Virus record (IMG/VR): IMGVR_UViG_3300017593_000278
Coordinates: 1-9,371 of that record
Length of the DNA: 9,371 nucleotides
Reading direction: 5' to 3' (one strand)
The translations under genes were made by a program, and so were the position numbers. The notes under the pieces are model-generated. The model worked only from the letters and a program-made list of their open reading frames with translations. It was not told the DNA's origin and searched no databases. This document shows, in pieces, positions 7,377 through 9,371 of this stretch. The first letter of the stretch is position 1. Every line of letters begins with the position of its first letter.

Positions 7377-7706
7377 TCACCTCGTTTTATCATACCTATC
7401 AAATATTTTTTCATACTTATCCCGAATCCTAAAATACTCTTTCATAAATTCCTCATCATGACTTTTCCAATTTTCATACCCACGTTCTCTAAGATTGTAA
7501 TGAGCCATTTCATGCATGATAATTTCAAATAATCCCCATCTAGCTAATGCCGTTTGTCCACCCTTAATATATAAAATATTATGCCCCTTAACAGTACGGG
7601 GCATGAAACCTGCTCTAGGATATTTAACTCTATCATTACTATGAACAATTTCTATTTTCCATCCCAACTGTTTTAATATTTTCCTGATTTCACTAATAAT
7701 ATTCAT
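7377..7706 (-). CDS. Small zincin metalloprotease (SprT/WLM/YgjP-like), 109 aa
   Basis: IIMHEMAH (HExxH) is followed by SHDEEF, which supplies the third His ligand as in SprT/YgjP-like minigluzincins. Confidence 0.8.
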   Translation of the reverse strand: MNIISEIRKILKQLGWKIEIVHSNDRVKYPRAGFMPRTVKGHNILYIKGGQTALARWGLFEIIMHEMAHYNLRERGYENWKSHDEEFMKEYFRIRDKYEKIFDRYDKTR

Positions 7707-7707
7707 T

Positions 7708-8490
7708 TTAACCTACCTCAATATCATGTGCCCACAACATCTTATTACTACGAGATACACCAAACATCCAAAACTTTGTTTGAGATTTTAAGCCCATTTT
7801 CGCAACATAATCATCATCAGACACCATTGTACCATTAATAAGAATCGTAATATTATTCCAATCCAAACGACTAAACGTATGGAAATGCCCCAATAAAACA
7901 ACATCGAACTGCTCATCTATGCCACCACTATACCAACGCATTGCTTTCTGAATAATACCGTAGAGAGGTATGTTTTGATACATATAAACTTGGTCGCCAT
8001 GAATTAATAAATACTTCCAACCTCTTATACTTGCTATATGATACCAATCTCCAACATGTACATCAACTTGATTATTGTGCCTATATATATCTCTTAACCT
8101 TTTATACAACATAAGTTCCCAATTCGTAATACCCTTTCTATTCGCTCTACCATGATTCCCATAAACACAATGAATATCAACTTTCCTATACCTGTCCAAC
8201 AGACCTTCAGTAAACCAATCAAAAGTATCAACGAAAACATCAATTGCCTCATCTACATTCAAATCAGTATTGTACCCTTGCCCACCATATATAGCTTCAC
8301 CATCTATCATATCACCAAGTAAGAATATGTGAATATCAGGCATTTTATAAGCCTTATTAATTTCATTCTTAAAATCTAAAACACTCCTCAATAATTTACC
8401 CATACGCTGTCTAAACACATCCACATTATATGATTTAGTTTTCTTACCAACATGCGTATCACTAATAACAACAACGGTACTTATCTCCAT
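7708..8490 (-). CDS. Calcineurin-like metallophosphoesterase, ~260 aa
   Basis: All five motifs are present: SDTH, GDMIDG, GNHG, HGD, GHFH. Start moved to ATG 8490, which overlaps the upstream TAA (TAATG) and has GGTGG upstream. Confidence 0.9.
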   Translation of the reverse strand: MEISTVVVISDTHVGKKTKSYNVDVFRQRMGKLLRSVLDFKNEINKAYKMPDIHIFLLGDMIDGEAIYGGQGYNTDLNVDEAIDVFVDTFDWFTEGLLDRYRKVDIHCVYGNHGRANRKGITNWELMLYKRLRDIYRHNNQVDVHVGDWYHIASIRGWKYLLIHGDQVYMYQNIPLYGIIQKAMRWYSGGIDEQFDVVLLGHFHTFSRLDWNNITILINGTMVSDDDYVAKMGLKSQTKFWMFGVSRSNKMLWAHDIEVG

Positions 8491-8879
8491 TATCCACCAC
8501 CAACCATATATACAAAATAATAGACGATTAAAATAATCGTCAACACTATACTCCAATATCTCAATATTTTATCCTGAAGTTTATCGCTATATGACTGCTC
8601 ACGCTCAATATTATCTAGTTTATTTTTCAATAACATTATATCATTATTGTGCTCCAGTTTTGTTACAAATCGTTCCGAATAATTATTATATTTCACAAAC
8701 TTGCGTTCAACCACTTTATCCAAATCATGTTGTTCATCGACCATTTCTTTTACAAGTGTTGATAATTCTTTAATATCTTCTCTTATATTACCAATAGCTT
8801 CCTTGATTTCTCCCCGAAATCGTTCAAAATCACGTTCAAGTTTCAGCACACGTTCATCAATATCAGGCATGTTCATCAT
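8490..8879 (-). CDS. Coiled-coil protein with a single C-terminal transmembrane helix (holin/XhlA-like architecture)
   Basis: Heptad-rich charged N-terminus (IDERVLKLERDFERF...) and a hydrophobic tail WSIVLTIILIVYYFVYMV. Function is inferred. Confidence 0.65.
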   Translation of the reverse strand: MMNMPDIDERVLKLERDFERFRGEIKEAIGNIREDIKELSTLVKEMVDEQHDLDKVVERKFVKYNNYSERFVTKLEHNNDIMLLKNKLDNIEREQSYSDKLQDKILRYWSIVLTIILIVYYFVYMVGGG

Positions 8880-8901
8880 CTCGCCTATAATTTATACTCC
8901 A

Positions 8902-8915
8902 ATATTTATAAATAT
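8902..8915 (-). promoter_or_regulatory. TATA box (TTTATAAA) within a perfect 14-bp palindrome ATATTTATAAATAT
   Basis: It lies in a 36-nt intergenic gap, centred ~29 nt upstream of ATG 8879, a spacing compatible with an archaeal promoter and a nearly leaderless transcript. Confidence 0.5.
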
Positions 8916-9371
8916 CTAACCCCAAATCACATAAATCGGTTCATACTTCCATTTTCCTATTCTACCATGTTTATATGTTGAAAATTTACCTGTTTGAGGC
9001 TCATACATATATACCTCTGGAGTCCCATCATTCTTTCTTGCGATAAATATATTCCATGCATGGTATCCAATATGACCAACATCGTCAACAATCCGCCCAA
9101 CTGCAATTCCGACATTATTTATACCGTATACAAATGGAACAAATCCAGCAAAACTAACTGCAAAATTATCGCAATCATATTCTTCCAGTCTATATTTACT
9201 CCATTTCACCATGTCATACTTGATTATTTTCATCATCGTCTCAAATTTCGGATATTTATACGAACCATCCCAAAGATATGTAATACACAAAGATTCACAT
9301 GCCTTCAGCATTTTCAATAAATCATCTGCTTTAATTACATATTTCTCCCTAACCTTTGTCCTTAAGAAAAC
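8916..9371 (-). CDS. Papain/transglutaminase-like cysteine protease (MOA agglutinin C-terminal-like); N-terminus outside window
   Basis: YDCDNFA (Cys), GYHAWNIF (His) and YEPQTG (Glu) form a candidate catalytic triad. The frame stays open past 9317 to the window edge (VFLRTKVREKYVIKADDLLKM...). Confidence 0.8.
   Translation of the reverse strand, partial: VFLRTKVREKYVIKADDLLKMLKACESLCITYLWDGSYKYPKFETMMKIIKYDMVKWSKYRLEEYDCDNFAVSFAGFVPFVYGINNVGIAVGRIVDDVGHIGYHAWNIFIARKNDGTPEVYMYEPQTGKFSTYKHGRIGKWKYEPIYVIWG

Noticed and set aside
7708-8490. Calling the phosphoesterase Mre11/SbcD or PolD DP1
   Set aside because: Only the generic calcineurin-like motifs are visible. There is no adjacent Rad50/SbcC and no OB-fold or capping region, so no gene symbol was given.
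8491-8556. N-terminal extension of the phosphoesterase (MEYSVDD...)
   Set aside because: It overlaps the TM-coding end of the upstream gene. ATG 8490 has an SD and a TAATG coupling and lies just before motif I.
1068-9320. All plus-strand ORFs in the track (e.g. 2153-2503, 2585-2983, 4075-4461, 6950-7432, 8994-9320)
   Set aside because: They lie antisense to well-supported genes, are S/F/L/I-rich mirror translations, and show no recognisable motifs.

Overview
This window is a tightly packed, AT-rich, all-minus-strand gene cluster from a head-tailed (HK97-fold, Caudoviricetes-type) virus or provirus. The host is most likely an archaeon, possibly a thermophilic euryarchaeon, judging from the GAGGTGA Shine-Dalgarno sites, TATA-like boxes and K/E/I-rich proteins. 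Gene order in the direction of transcription (right to left): papain/transglutaminase-like Cys protease (runs off the right edge), coiled-coil protein with a C-terminal membrane anchor, calcineurin-like metallophosphoesterase, small HExxH metalloprotease, portal with two Zn-ribbon inserts, Mu gpF-like head protein, prohead serine protease, small two-Cys protein, acidic scaffold, major capsid protein, small beta-rich protein, head-tail adaptor, a Rossmann-like (possibly CARF/Csx3/SAVED-like) protein, and a SWIM-finger + RecA/RadB-like ATPase. The last gene is missing from the ORF track and runs off the left edge. No terminase or tail genes are in the window. Most interesting points: the SWIM-RecA fusion with a second internal start site, the possible cyclic-oligonucleotide-binding protein beside it, a recurring hydrophobic-x-K-[G/A/S] motif in the head proteins (candidate maturation cleavage site), a duplicated two-Cys module, and a hydrolase cluster where the terminase usually sits. 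All family assignments come from recognising motifs by eye; no searches were run.
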